A stretch of 64,000 nucleotides of DNA, taken from contig ONAN01000002.1 in NCBI GenBank assembly GCA_900315805.1, positions 151,701-215,700 on the forward strand, given 5' to 3'. The notes under the pieces are model-generated. The model saw only the letters and a list, made by a program, of their open reading frames with translations, did not search any database and was not told the DNA's origin. Shown here piece after piece: positions 19,475 through 29,180 of this stretch; within the stretch, counting starts at the first letter, position 1, and every line of letters starts with the position of its first letter. The position numbers and the translations under genes were made by a program. The stretch comes from an uncultured Selenomonadales bacterium (GTDB lineage Bacteria > Bacillota > Negativicutes > Acidaminococcales > Acidaminococcaceae).

Positions 19475-20566
19475 ATGCATATTCGTTTATTGGATAAATA
19501 TGTGCTGAAAGAGCTGCTTTATCCGTTCATTTTCGGCATTGCTTCCTTCTCCAGCATATTCATCGCCAGCAGCATGCTGTTCAAGATCGTCCAGTACATC
19601 ACCACGTACAACGCGCCCCTGTCGGCGGTCGGACGCATGTTCCTGTACAGCATGCCGCAGGTCATCAACTACACCTTCCCCATGTCCATGCTGCTTGCCA
19701 CGCTGATGGCGTTCGGCAAGCTGTCCAGCAGCAGCGAAATCGTAGCCATGAAATCGGGCGGCGTCAGCTACTACCGCATCGTGGCACCGGTCCTCGTGCT
19801 GGCCTTCATCGTCAGCATGTTTTCCGTCATCTGGGCGGAAAAGGTGGTGCCTCCCTGCAACGCGGAGCAGAAGCGCATCCTGCAGCAGGAGATCCGCGGC
19901 AACACGAAACCGCGTACGCAGGAACACGTGGTCATCAAGACCCTGAAGGGATCCACGCAGCGGATCACCTACGCCCGCTCCTTCAATGAATCGACGGGCA
20001 TCATGGACAAGGTGACCATCGAAGAATTCCAGAACAACAAGCTCGTCCGCGTCCAGACGGCCGACAAGGCCACCTGGGAAGGGGACAAGTGGGTCATGGA
20101 CCAGGGCACCGTCTACAGCCTCGATGACAAGGAAGGCGTGACGAGCAAAGCTACCTTCACCAACCAGGTCATTCCCTTGAACACCAAGCCCCGCGAAGTC
20201 AGCTGGGAACAGAAAGATGCCGACGAAATGACGCTGGGCGAATTGAAGGGCTATATCGCCGTGCTCGAACGGCAGAAACAGCCGACGTCCTATTACTGGA
20301 CGGAAATCTACATGCGCTTCGCCATTCCCCTGGCAAGCTTCGTCTTCGCGCTTCTCGGCGCTCCCCTGGGCACCCAGCGGCAGCGCAGCGGCTCGTCCAT
20401 CGGCCTGGGCATGAGCGTCATCGTCATTTTCGTCTACTACGGCATCATGGCCTTTACGACGGGTCTGGGCAAAGGCGGTATCATTCCGGCACCCCTGGCG
20501 GCTATGTCATCGAATATCGTCTGCCTCATCGCCGGCCTGTGGCTCCTGAAACGCGCCAATTACTGA
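19475..20566 (+). CDS. LptF/LptG (YjgP/YjgQ) family permease, single copy
   Basis: RLLDKY start, SEIVAMKSGGVSY, P.ASFVFALLG; follows lptB. Confidence 0.9.
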   Translation: MHIRLLDKYVLKELLYPFIFGIASFSSIFIASSMLFKIVQYITTYNAPLSAVGRMFLYSMPQVINYTFPMSMLLATLMAFGKLSSSSEIVAMKSGGVSYYRIVAPVLVLAFIVSMFSVIWAEKVVPPCNAEQKRILQQEIRGNTKPRTQEHVVIKTLKGSTQRITYARSFNESTGIMDKVTIEEFQNNKLVRVQTADKATWEGDKWVMDQGTVYSLDDKEGVTSKATFTNQVIPLNTKPREVSWEQKDADEMTLGELKGYIAVLERQKQPTSYYWTEIYMRFAIPLASFVFALLGAPLGTQRQRSGSSIGLGMSVIVIFVYYGIMAFTTGLGKGGIIPAPLAAMSSNIVCLIAGLWLLKRANY

Positions 20567-20653
20567 CCGGCCGTCGAACCCTGAAATATTACGCCCGGAA
20601 GCGGCCGGAAGCGGCTGCCCGGGTGGTTACCCTGTGAGAAAGGAGGCTGTGCC

Positions 20654-21874
20654 ATGCTTTTCGGAATCCGTCTGATGATCCTTTTGGCCATCATGGGCGG
20701 CGCCATTGCCTACATTGCCGACAAGCTGGGCAGCAAGATCGGGAAGAAGCGCCTGACCATCTTCAGTCTCCGTCCGCACGATACGTCGGTCCTCCTGACG
20801 GTTTTGTCGGGTGTACTCATTTCCCTCTGTTCCGTGCTCATCCTGGCTGTTTCCTCGAACAGTGCCCGCACGGCCCTGTTCGGTATGGAAAAGCTGCAGA
20901 ACGAGATCCGTACGCTCCAGGCGGGAAGGGAAACGGCCCTGAAGGAGTACGAATCCCTGCAGAATACCCTGAAGAGCAAGAACGAGGAAATCGCCGCTCT
21001 CGACAAAAAGATCAAGGAAGCCGACGCGGCGCGCCTGAAATCGGAAGAAAGCCTGCGGGCGGCCCAGAACGACCTGGAAGCGGCCCGTATCCAGTATGAA
21101 ACGACCCAGGGCGAACTGGTGGCGGCCCAAAGCGAGGTCAAAGGTCTCCAGGCAGCCCGTGACAGCCTGAATGAAGAAATCACGAAACTGCAGGAGCGCA
21201 CGAAACTCCTGAACGAAGGCCTGCTCCACATGCGCGAAGGCCAGCTGGTCTACCGCAGCGGCGAAGTCGTCTTCAACGGCGTCCTCGAAGGCGGCCGTTC
21301 GGCAGAGGAAAGCGCCAACCAGATGAAATGGCTCCTGGAATCGGCCAACAATACGGCCCTGAGCCGCATCGGTGTCGACCCGAAGGAAAAGGTCGAAGTG
21401 GTGTGGGTTCCCAAGACGGAATATGAAGCCCTTGAACAGCAGCTCCAGAAGGAACACGGCCAGGTTCTGGTACGCGTCCGTTCCATAGCCAATACGGTCG
21501 TGGGACAGCCTGTGGTCTGCCAGTTCGAAGTCATTCCCAATAAACTCGTATACCATGACAATCAGCTGATTTATCAGAAGGTCCTCAACATGGCGGACCA
21601 GTCCGTATCGCCGGAAGAAGTCATGATGAATTACCTGCAGGAAGTCAACCGCCTGTCTGTCGAAGCCGGTGTCCTGCCCGATCCCATGACCGGGAAGGTG
21701 GGCAACATCAGCGCCATGACGGTGGTCGATGTGCAGGAGAAGATGCGCCGCATGGGAGGCCAGGTCATGTTGACGGCCTATGCGGATGGCGACATCATGA
21801 CGGCCGGGCCCGTGCAGATCCGCCTGGAAGTGGAAAAGGTCGCTGCGGCGGACGAATCCATGCGCCGCTGGTGA
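20654..21874 (+). CDS. DUF3084-like membrane-anchored coiled-coil protein
   Basis: GGAIAYIADKLGSKIGKKRLTIFSLRPHDT N-terminus, two TMs, long coiled coil, globular C-terminus. Confidence 0.75.
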   Translation: MLFGIRLMILLAIMGGAIAYIADKLGSKIGKKRLTIFSLRPHDTSVLLTVLSGVLISLCSVLILAVSSNSARTALFGMEKLQNEIRTLQAGRETALKEYESLQNTLKSKNEEIAALDKKIKEADAARLKSEESLRAAQNDLEAARIQYETTQGELVAAQSEVKGLQAARDSLNEEITKLQERTKLLNEGLLHMREGQLVYRSGEVVFNGVLEGGRSAEESANQMKWLLESANNTALSRIGVDPKEKVEVVWVPKTEYEALEQQLQKEHGQVLVRVRSIANTVVGQPVVCQFEVIPNKLVYHDNQLIYQKVLNMADQSVSPEEVMMNYLQEVNRLSVEAGVLPDPMTGKVGNISAMTVVDVQEKMRRMGGQVMLTAYADGDIMTAGPVQIRLEVEKVAAADESMRRW

Positions 21875-21884
21875 GCCGGAGGAC

Positions 21885-22379
21885 ATGATGAAACCAATCC
21901 AACCGAACGCCCGGTACTATCTGGGCATCGATCCGGGCCGCGACAAGACCGGCCTGGCAATCGTCCGGGAGGACGGCGCCCTGCGCAGCCAGAAGGTGGT
22001 GCGGACGGGGTCCCTCCGGAACAGCATACCGGAATTCCTGGAAGAACGCCTGGTTTCGGGCAATGTCTGGAGCCTGCACCGTGTCCTGGCCGGCATCGTC
22101 ATCGGCAACGGCACGAACAGCGGACCCGTATGCAGTCTTGTCAAGGAATTGTTCCCGAGCGTACCCATCCATGAAATCGGGGAAGCCCATTCCACGGAAG
22201 AGGCACGCCGCCTGTATTGGAAAATCCACCCGCCCAAAGGCCTGCGCCGCCTCATCCCCCTGGGACTGCAGGTGCCGCCGGTACCGCTGGACGGATACGC
22301 CGCCGTGGTGCAGGTACGCCGTTACCTGGCCGCCCTGGCGGAACAGGAGGAAATCAAGAAAGAGGAGATGCGAACATGA
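21885..22379 (+). CDS. YqgF/RuvX-like RNase H-fold protein
   Basis: LGIDPGRDKTGLA, VIGNGT, EAHSTEEAR..YW, D.YAAV. Confidence 0.75.
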   Translation: MMKPIQPNARYYLGIDPGRDKTGLAIVREDGALRSQKVVRTGSLRNSIPEFLEERLVSGNVWSLHRVLAGIVIGNGTNSGPVCSLVKELFPSVPIHEIGEAHSTEEARRLYWKIHPPKGLRRLIPLGLQVPPVPLDGYAAVVQVRRYLAALAEQEEIKKEEMRT

Positions 22380-23983
22380 AAAAGATACTTTTTCTGCTGC
22401 TGACACTGCTGGTCCTGAGCGGCACCGCCCTGGCCCGCAATGTCATGCCCATCAAGCCCTTGTGTGAAATCGACCTGTACGGGGTCAACGATTTCCAGGG
22501 CCACATCACGGGCGGTACGGCGGAACCGGGTGCCCTGCGCCTGGCCGGCACGACGGAGACACTGACCAAACAGAATCCCTATGGCACGGCCTTCTTCGGC
22601 GGTGGCAACAACATGGCCGGCACCGAGGAAAACGACAAACGCATGGGCGATCCCACCATCATGATGCTCAACGCCATGCACATTTCCGCTACCGTACCCG
22701 GTGCGAAGGATTTCCAGTACCAGGCGTACAACATCGCGAACCAGGCCGCCACGTCGTATTTCGCGTACCTGGCTGCCAACATCGTCGACGCCAATGGCAA
22801 CACGGCGTCGCCGTATAAACCGTATCTGCTGTTCAACCGCGCCGGCGCCGAAATCGGCGTCATCGGCCTCGCAGGCCAGGATGTGGTGGAACCTGCCAAG
22901 GCCCGCGGCTACAACGTGGTTCCGGCAGCCAAGGTGGCACAGCAGTGCGTCAATGAACTGCGCAACAACGGTGCCAAGATCGTCGTCCTGCTGACCAGCC
23001 TCAAGGGCGAAGGCATCGGCGACAAGAAGATCACCGGTGAAATCACGTCCCTGCTGGACCAGGTGACCGGCGTCGACGCCGTCTTCCTGGCCGGTACGGG
23101 CAAAGAAGTGCGCGGCACCTACAAGAACATTCCGGTCGTGGCTGCAGCTCCCTTCGGCACGCAGCTGGCCCAGATCCATTTCCTGTACAACCGCGTGGAC
23201 AAGAAGGTCCTCGTCGGCGTGGCCAAGACGGTCGATGTCATGGCCCTGTCCTACGAAGAGAACAAACAGCTCGAAAAGACCTATAACCGTCTTATGAGCG
23301 GCACGGGCACGCGCCTGGGCAATCTGCCGCCGTCCTATGTGCCGACCCAGAAGAAGGACAAGAAATCCAAGACCAGCATCTACCAGAACGTCAACGGATC
23401 CGTCAACGAAGCTCCGCAGCCCGCATCCAAGGGCGCCAAACTGGCGGACAACCTGACGGCGCTGACGAACTACCCCGGCGGCCAGTCCACGCTGGGCGAA
23501 TACTTTACGGACATGGTCCGCAAAGCCTATAACTGCGACATCGTCCTGTATCCGGGCAGCTCCTTCCGGTACAGCATCCCGGCCGGTGACATCAACGAAG
23601 GTACCATCACTTCCGTCATGCCCTACAAGGACAGCATCGTCACGGGCCAGCTGACGGGCTCCCAGATCCGCGCCATCATCGAGCACGGCCTCAATCCGGG
23701 TACGGGCCTGATCCGCTTCTCCGGCCTCCATGTGACGGCCCGCATCAACAATCCGGAAGGTTCCCGCATCGCTTCGATTGAGCTGGAGAACGGCCAGAAG
23801 CTGCAGAACGACGCCACCTACGTGGTCGCTGTAAGTTCCCGTATGGTCGAAGGCGCCGACGGGTACAACCTGAGCTATCTGGCAAACGCCGGCAACAAGG
23901 GCCCTGCCCAGGACTTCTTCAAGTTCTTCCTGCGTTATGCCAAGACCGTCGACTACAAAGGGGACGGCCGCCTGAGATTCTGA
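22376..23983 (+). CDS. Secreted 5'-nucleotidase/CpdB-like protein with a degenerate metallophosphatase domain
   Basis: Signal peptide; recognisable calcineurin-like N-domain and 5'-nucleotidase C-domain (STLGEYFTD, MPYKD.IV...LTG.QI, RFSGL); ATGA overlap with the upstream gene. Confidence 0.8.
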   Translation: MKKILFLLLTLLVLSGTALARNVMPIKPLCEIDLYGVNDFQGHITGGTAEPGALRLAGTTETLTKQNPYGTAFFGGGNNMAGTEENDKRMGDPTIMMLNAMHISATVPGAKDFQYQAYNIANQAATSYFAYLAANIVDANGNTASPYKPYLLFNRAGAEIGVIGLAGQDVVEPAKARGYNVVPAAKVAQQCVNELRNNGAKIVVLLTSLKGEGIGDKKITGEITSLLDQVTGVDAVFLAGTGKEVRGTYKNIPVVAAAPFGTQLAQIHFLYNRVDKKVLVGVAKTVDVMALSYEENKQLEKTYNRLMSGTGTRLGNLPPSYVPTQKKDKKSKTSIYQNVNGSVNEAPQPASKGAKLADNLTALTNYPGGQSTLGEYFTDMVRKAYNCDIVLYPGSSFRYSIPAGDINEGTITSVMPYKDSIVTGQLTGSQIRAIIEHGLNPGTGLIRFSGLHVTARINNPEGSRIASIELENGQKLQNDATYVVAVSSRMVEGADGYNLSYLANAGNKGPAQDFFKFFLRYAKTVDYKGDGRLRF

Positions 23984-24001
23984 TTTTAAGGGGAATACCG
24001 T

Positions 24002-24640
24002 ATGACCGAGAAATTCGCGGACCAGCAATTCCGCAACTTCGTATATGATTTGAATTCGTCCAAACCGTCGCCGGGCGGCGGCAGTGCCGCCGCCTTCGCG
24101 GGGGCCATGGCCGGCGCGCTGGCCGGTATGGCCGCCCACCTGACGGTCGGCAAGAAAAGCTACGCCGACGTGGAAGACGAAATGCAATCCGTCATTGCCT
24201 CGTCGGAAGCGCTGCAGCACGAAATGCTGGCAATGGCCCAGGAGGACGCCGATATGTTCGGCCTCATCCTGAACGCCTACAAAATGCCGAAAAGCACGCC
24301 GGAGGAACGGGAGAAGCGGCAGGCCGAAATCGAGCGGGCGAGCAAAATCGCCGTCCTGGCCTCCCTGCACCTGTCCGAAACGTGCATCGACATTCTGCGC
24401 CTGGCGGAAAAAGTGGTCGGCAAAGGCAGCCGTATGCTGGTGACAGACGGCGCCGCCTCGGCCATCCTGGCCCGCGCCTGCCTGCGCATTGCCGCCTACA
24501 ACGTCACGGCCAACCTGAAACCGGTCCGGGACAAGGACTTCGTGTACCAGTGCGAAGTGCGGCTGCGTGCCTGCCGCGACCTGGGCGAAAGCCTGGAGCA
24601 GGATATTCTGGACGCGGTCAACGGCGAACTCGGCAAATAA
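24002..24640 (+). CDS. Cyclodeaminase/methenyl-THF cyclohydrolase family (FTCD_C)
   Basis: SSKPSPGGGSAAAFAGAM, LTVGKKSY, AYNV.ANL. Confidence 0.85.
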   Translation: MTEKFADQQFRNFVYDLNSSKPSPGGGSAAAFAGAMAGALAGMAAHLTVGKKSYADVEDEMQSVIASSEALQHEMLAMAQEDADMFGLILNAYKMPKSTPEEREKRQAEIERASKIAVLASLHLSETCIDILRLAEKVVGKGSRMLVTDGAASAILARACLRIAAYNVTANLKPVRDKDFVYQCEVRLRACRDLGESLEQDILDAVNGELGK

Positions 24641-24680
24641 GGTGCCGTCGGGCTGCAAACGTGGTATAATGTCATAGCCT

Positions 24681-24770
24681 GGAGAGGTGGCCGAGCGGTT
24701 TAAGGCTCTAGTCTTGAAAACTAGCGAGGTGTCAAAGCTTCCGTGGGTTCGAATCCCACCCTCTCCGCCA
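24681..24770 (+). tRNA. tRNA-Ser(UGA)
   Basis: GGAGAGG acceptor, CTAGT-CTTGAAA-ACTAG anticodon arm, long variable arm, GTTCGAATC, CCA end; TGnTATAAT at 24662-24670 upstream. Confidence 0.96.
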
Positions 24771-24784
24771 TATAAAGAAACAGC

Positions 24785-24816
24785 AAGGGCCATATCCGTC
24801 AGGATATGGCCCTTTT
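24785..24816. terminator. Bidirectional terminator between tRNA-Ser and the ABC operon
   Basis: AAGGGCCATATCC-GTCA-GGATATGGCCCTTTT. Confidence 0.8.
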
Positions 24817-24827
24817 AGTATGCCTTG

Positions 24828-25949
24828 TTAAGCTTTGATAGCGCCCATGCGCACCGTGGCGCCGCTTTCCTTGTCGAAGAGCAGGTTCTTGTCCGTCCGG
24901 ATATCGAACCGGACTTCTTCGTTGACCCGGAAATCGACGCTGCCGAAAATGACGGAGGTCAGGGGCTGGTCGTGCAGATGCAGTTTGACGACGGTTTCCA
25001 TACCGGAGGGCAGGGTGGAGTACACCTTGCCGCTGAAGCGGCCTTCAGGACGGATGACGATGTTTTCCGGCCGGATGCCGACGACGTATTCCTTTCCGTC
25101 TGTCACGGGGGCATCCGTATACCGCTTCGCTTCCACGAAGCGGACCGGCTCGCCGCCGAAGTCCAGCTGGTCGCCGCCGTCCACTGTCTGGCCGGCGCGG
25201 GCCGGCACCAGGTTGATGCTCGGGCTGCCGATGAAGTCTGCCGTGAACATGTTGACCGGTTCGTTGTAGACCGTCAGGGGCGCGTCGTACTGCTGCAGGA
25301 TGCCTTCCTTGATGAGGCAGATCCGCGTGGCCAGCGTCATGGCTTCCAGCTGGTCGTGGGTTACGTAGATGAAGGTGGCGCCGGTCTCCATGTGGAGCCG
25401 TTTCAGTTCCGCCCGCATCTCCATGCGGAGCTTGGCGTCCAGGTTAGACAGGGGTTCGTCCATGAACAGGGTCGACGGGCCCGTGGACAGGGTCCTGGCA
25501 ATGGCCACGCGCTGCTGCTGGCCGCCCGACAGTTCCGACGGATAGCGGTCGCGGTACTCGGAAATCCGCAGCATCGCCATCAGTTCCCGCGCGCGGGCTT
25601 CCATCTTGTCCTTGGGCCAGTGCAGGTTCTCCAGGCCGAAGGTGATGTTCTGGTATACCGTCATATGGGGCCACAGGGCGTAGTTCTGGAACAGGAACCC
25701 GACGCCGCGCTTTTCCGGCGGGATGTCGATGCCTTTTTCTGCGGAAAAGACCACCTTGCCGCCGATGGAGATTTCGCCGTACGTCGGTGTCTCCAGACCG
25801 GCAATCATGCGCAGGGTCGTCGTTTTACCGCAGCCGGAGGGGCCCAGCAGCGTAATGAAGGAATGATCGGGAATGACCATGCTGAGATGATCTACAGCTG
25901 CCGTCTTCCCGTACATCTTCGTGACATCTTTCAAAATGATTTCAGGCAT
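24828..25949 (-). CDS. ABC transporter ATP-binding subunit (FbpC/AfuC/MalK-like with TOBE)
   Basis: [34 protein letters not shown]. Confidence 0.93.
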   Translation of the reverse strand: MPEIILKDVTKMYGKTAAVDHLSMVIPDHSFITLLGPSGCGKTTTLRMIAGLETPTYGEISIGGKVVFSAEKGIDIPPEKRGVGFLFQNYALWPHMTVYQNITFGLENLHWPKDKMEARARELMAMLRISEYRDRYPSELSGGQQQRVAIARTLSTGPSTLFMDEPLSNLDAKLRMEMRAELKRLHMETGATFIYVTHDQLEAMTLATRICLIKEGILQQYDAPLTVYNEPVNMFTADFIGSPSINLVPARAGQTVDGGDQLDFGGEPVRFVEAKRYTDAPVTDGKEYVVGIRPENIVIRPEGRFSGKVYSTLPSGMETVVKLHLHDQPLTSVIFGSVDFRVNEEVRFDIRTDKNLLFDKESGATVRMGAIKA

Positions 25950-26037
25950 TTTTGCACCTTCCTAATTTCTATCGTTTGCGGAAGTCCGATCCGTTTCCGG
26001 CCGGTATCCGCCGCTACATCTCACGGTTCCGCCGCTG

Positions 26038-27828
26038 TCAGCCGATACCCTTGTCGATGGAGGCGCCGGTCAGCTTGTTGATGATGAAGTTGGACAGCAG
26101 CACGACGCCGACGATCAGCAGGTTGATGGCGTTGGCATACTGGTTCCAGCCTTTTTCGTTGTACTGGAACAGCATGGTCGTCAGGACGGCCGTGGACGGC
26201 GTAATCAGCAGGATGAACAGCGACAGTTCGCGCATGCAGGAAATGAACGGCAGCAGGTAGCCGGACAGGAAACTCGTCTTCTGAATGGGGATGATGATGC
26301 GCACCATGCGCTTCCACCAGCCGATGCCCATCATGATGCCCGCTTCCTCAATCTGGCCGCCCAGCTGCAGCATGGCGTTGACGGCGGATTTCGATGCGAA
26401 GGGCAGGTATTTGACCGAACCAATCAGCACCAGGATGGCGAAGGTGCCGTACAGTGCCGGCACCGGGCCGTGCGGCGTGGAGAAGAAGGACAGGTAGATG
26501 GCGCCCATGGCCATGCTCGGCAGCAGGTACGGGAAAAAGGTAAGATGGCTTACGGCGTTGCTCAGCCAATGTCCTTTGCGGTGGACGATGGCGTAGCCTG
26601 CCAGGATACCGACCGTGCCCGCGATGAAGGCGCAGCAGACGGACAGCACGAAGCTGTTGACCAGTCCGTGGAGGATGCTGGCGTTCCGCAAAATGCCGGG
26701 TTCGCCGTTGGCGATGTCGACCGACCCTTCACCGGTCCAGAACACGGTGCTGAAGTTACTCAGGGAGTAGTTGCCCGGTTCCACGATGAAGGATTCGACG
26801 GCAAAGGTGATCAGCGGCACCACGGTGATGCACAGCAGCAGGAAACCCATGGCGTAGGACAGGGGGTTCCGCAGGCCCCGCAGGTTGAAGAGGGACACGT
26901 TGGAGCTTTTGCCCGTAATGGTCGTGTAGGACTTCCGGCTGTCCAGGACGCGCTGGTTCAACAGCATGATGGAGACGCCGATCAAAATCAGGATGAGGGC
27001 CATCAGGTAGCCGTAGCCAGGGTTCATGCCCTGCAGCGTACGGTACATCTGCGTCGTCAGGACCTGGTAGCGTACGGGCGTACCGAGGAAGGCCGGGACG
27101 GCGAAGGCACTCATGGAGCTGGAGAAAGCGAGCAGGAACGTGGACAGGATGGCCGGTTTGACCATCGGCAGGGTGATGCGGCGGATAATCTGCATACGCG
27201 ACGCGTACAGCAGCTGTGCCGCCTCTTCCAGGTTGGCGTCCATGTTCTTTAAGATGCCGCCTATCAGAATATAGGCAAAGGGAGCGTAATGCAGGCCCTG
27301 CACGATGGAGATGGGCAGGAACCCGTAGGCGAACCAGTCCGGCGTCGTCAGTCCCGTCACAACCGTGAACAGGCCGGGCACACCGCCGACCAGGGGGTTA
27401 TGGAAAAAGTTGACCCAGGCCAGAGCCAGCGTCCAGGACGGCATAATGTACGGGACCACGAATAAGGCCGATAATACGTTCTTGAACCGGATATTGGTCC
27501 GCGTAATGAGCCAGGCCATGATGCCGCCCAGGGAAATGGCGATGGCGCAGGTGGCAAAGGAAATGCAGATGGTGTTGAACAGGGGACGGTAGAAGATGCT
27601 GACGCTCGTATCCCCGTCCAGCAGCACCTTCGTCCAGTGGTATAAGGTGAAGCTTCCCACATGGCTGCCCCGGATGCGCATCACTTCGCTGGAATGCACC
27701 GTGAAGGTGTCGGCGACGATGGAGAGCAGGGGCAGGAACGTGAGGAGCATCAGGGCCACGAACAAGACGACCAGGATGATGTTATGTGGTTTGTTGCAGA
27801 AACTGCGCAACCGGCTTCGAAAGCCCAT
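26038..27828 (-). CDS. ABC permease with two TM modules (FbpB/AfuB type)
   Basis: About 596 aa; two EAA loops (NLEEAAQLL, QIEEAGIMMG); GGAGG RBS before ATG 27828. Confidence 0.9.
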   Translation of the reverse strand: MGFRSRLRSFCNKPHNIILVVLFVALMLLTFLPLLSIVADTFTVHSSEVMRIRGSHVGSFTLYHWTKVLLDGDTSVSIFYRPLFNTICISFATCAIAISLGGIMAWLITRTNIRFKNVLSALFVVPYIMPSWTLALAWVNFFHNPLVGGVPGLFTVVTGLTTPDWFAYGFLPISIVQGLHYAPFAYILIGGILKNMDANLEEAAQLLYASRMQIIRRITLPMVKPAILSTFLLAFSSSMSAFAVPAFLGTPVRYQVLTTQMYRTLQGMNPGYGYLMALILILIGVSIMLLNQRVLDSRKSYTTITGKSSNVSLFNLRGLRNPLSYAMGFLLLCITVVPLITFAVESFIVEPGNYSLSNFSTVFWTGEGSVDIANGEPGILRNASILHGLVNSFVLSVCCAFIAGTVGILAGYAIVHRKGHWLSNAVSHLTFFPYLLPSMAMGAIYLSFFSTPHGPVPALYGTFAILVLIGSVKYLPFASKSAVNAMLQLGGQIEEAGIMMGIGWWKRMVRIIIPIQKTSFLSGYLLPFISCMRELSLFILLITPSTAVLTTMLFQYNEKGWNQYANAINLLIVGVVLLSNFIINKLTGASIDKGIG

Positions 27829-27918
27829 ACTTGATTCCTCCTGAAAAGGCACCGGCGTCGTTCCCGGCACCGGTGCCCTTAATATACAGTTACGACAGGA
27901 CGGTCCGTCCGCCGCAGG

Positions 27919-29076
27919 TCAGATCAGCTTGCTGATGAATTCTTCCACTTCGGCGCGATGCTCGAAGATGAACTGCGGGTCGTCGCCGACCAGTACCTTG
28001 GCCCATTCGCTCAGCGCCTTGTCGCCCTTGGCGCCCTTCAGCGTCTTGTTGCCGGAATAGGAGCCCATGTCGCTCTGCCAGTACTTATACCCTTCTTCCG
28101 TCATGAGGAAGCGGATGAACAGTTTGGCGGCCGCCGGATGCTTGGCATCTTTCACCAGCAGCACGTATTCCGGATAGTAGAAGCCGGCGAACGGCGTCAC
28201 CGTGTCCGCCACGCCCAGTGCCAGGTTCTTCTTCGCGGCATAACGGATCTTGGAATAGTTCAAGAGGCCGATGCTGTTGATGTTCTGTCCCTTGACGCCG
28301 ATGGATTCGGTCATCTTCGTATCGCTGGAGCCCATGACGAGGCCGTTCTGGAAGGCCATCTTGATCCATTCGTAACCGGCGTTCTTCGTGGTCAGTTTCA
28401 GGTCCTTGCCATACAGGTCCTTATAGGCCTTGGCCAGTTTGTCAGCGTTTTCCGGTTTGGTCAGCATGGTCAGGAAGTTGGCGTTAATGCCTTCCTGCAG
28501 AGGGCTCTTGAAGAAGAACTTACCCTTGTTCTTCGGATCCGTCAGCTCCCACAGGTTCTTGATCGGCGCCGGTTTGCCGTTTTCGTTGTTATACATGAGG
28601 ACTTTGTTCATATACAGGAACACCAGGGGCTTGCGGTTCTCTGCCGGAATCTGGTCTTCCAGGTCGGCCGGCACATAGTTCTGCAGGTAGCCCGTGGAAA
28701 GCAGTTCGCCATAAACACGGCCGCTGTCCTGCGCAATGACGAAGTCCGCACCCTCAGCCTTGGCCTTGACTTCCGTCGTGATTTTGTCGATCAGCTCGAA
28801 GTCCTTCATGTCGGTGGCTTCGACCTTGATGCCGTACTTCTTTTCAAAGGCCGCGCCGGCCTTGCTGATGCGGCTGGTGATGGAGTAGACCCGGACCTTG
28901 CCTTCCTTCTTGGCCTGCGGAATCAGGTCCGCCTCTTTTTCACCCTTTACCTCGACGATCTTCATGCCGTTTCCGGCCGCAGGCGCCTCCGCCTTCTTAT
29001 CGCCGCCGCCACCGCAGCCACCGGCCAACAGGCCGATTGTGAGCAGGACACTTGCTGCCGCCATCCATTTTTTCAT
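27919..29076 (-). CDS. ABC substrate-binding lipoprotein (Fbp/AfuA-like cluster)
   Basis: Lipobox LAGGC; AFEKKYGIKV; HPAAAKLFIRF; GGAGG RBS. Confidence 0.88.
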   Translation of the reverse strand: MKKWMAAASVLLTIGLLAGGCGGGGDKKAEAPAAGNGMKIVEVKGEKEADLIPQAKKEGKVRVYSITSRISKAGAAFEKKYGIKVEATDMKDFELIDKITTEVKAKAEGADFVIAQDSGRVYGELLSTGYLQNYVPADLEDQIPAENRKPLVFLYMNKVLMYNNENGKPAPIKNLWELTDPKNKGKFFFKSPLQEGINANFLTMLTKPENADKLAKAYKDLYGKDLKLTTKNAGYEWIKMAFQNGLVMGSSDTKMTESIGVKGQNINSIGLLNYSKIRYAAKKNLALGVADTVTPFAGFYYPEYVLLVKDAKHPAAAKLFIRFLMTEEGYKYWQSDMGSYSGNKTLKGAKGDKALSEWAKVLVGDDPQFIFEHRAEVEEFISKLI

Positions 29077-29180
29077 TTGATTCGCCTCCGTTATCAACGT
29101 ATCCGGCCCGATGTACCCTGCCGTTTCGTGGGAAAACGGCACGGAATCCGTCTCTGCCGGACCAAATTAACTACATATAA

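Noticed and set aside
20595-20614. Tandem 10-mer CCGGAAGCGG x2 between lptF/G and DUF3084
   Set aside because: Only two copies in GC-rich DNA; most likely slippage within a hairpin
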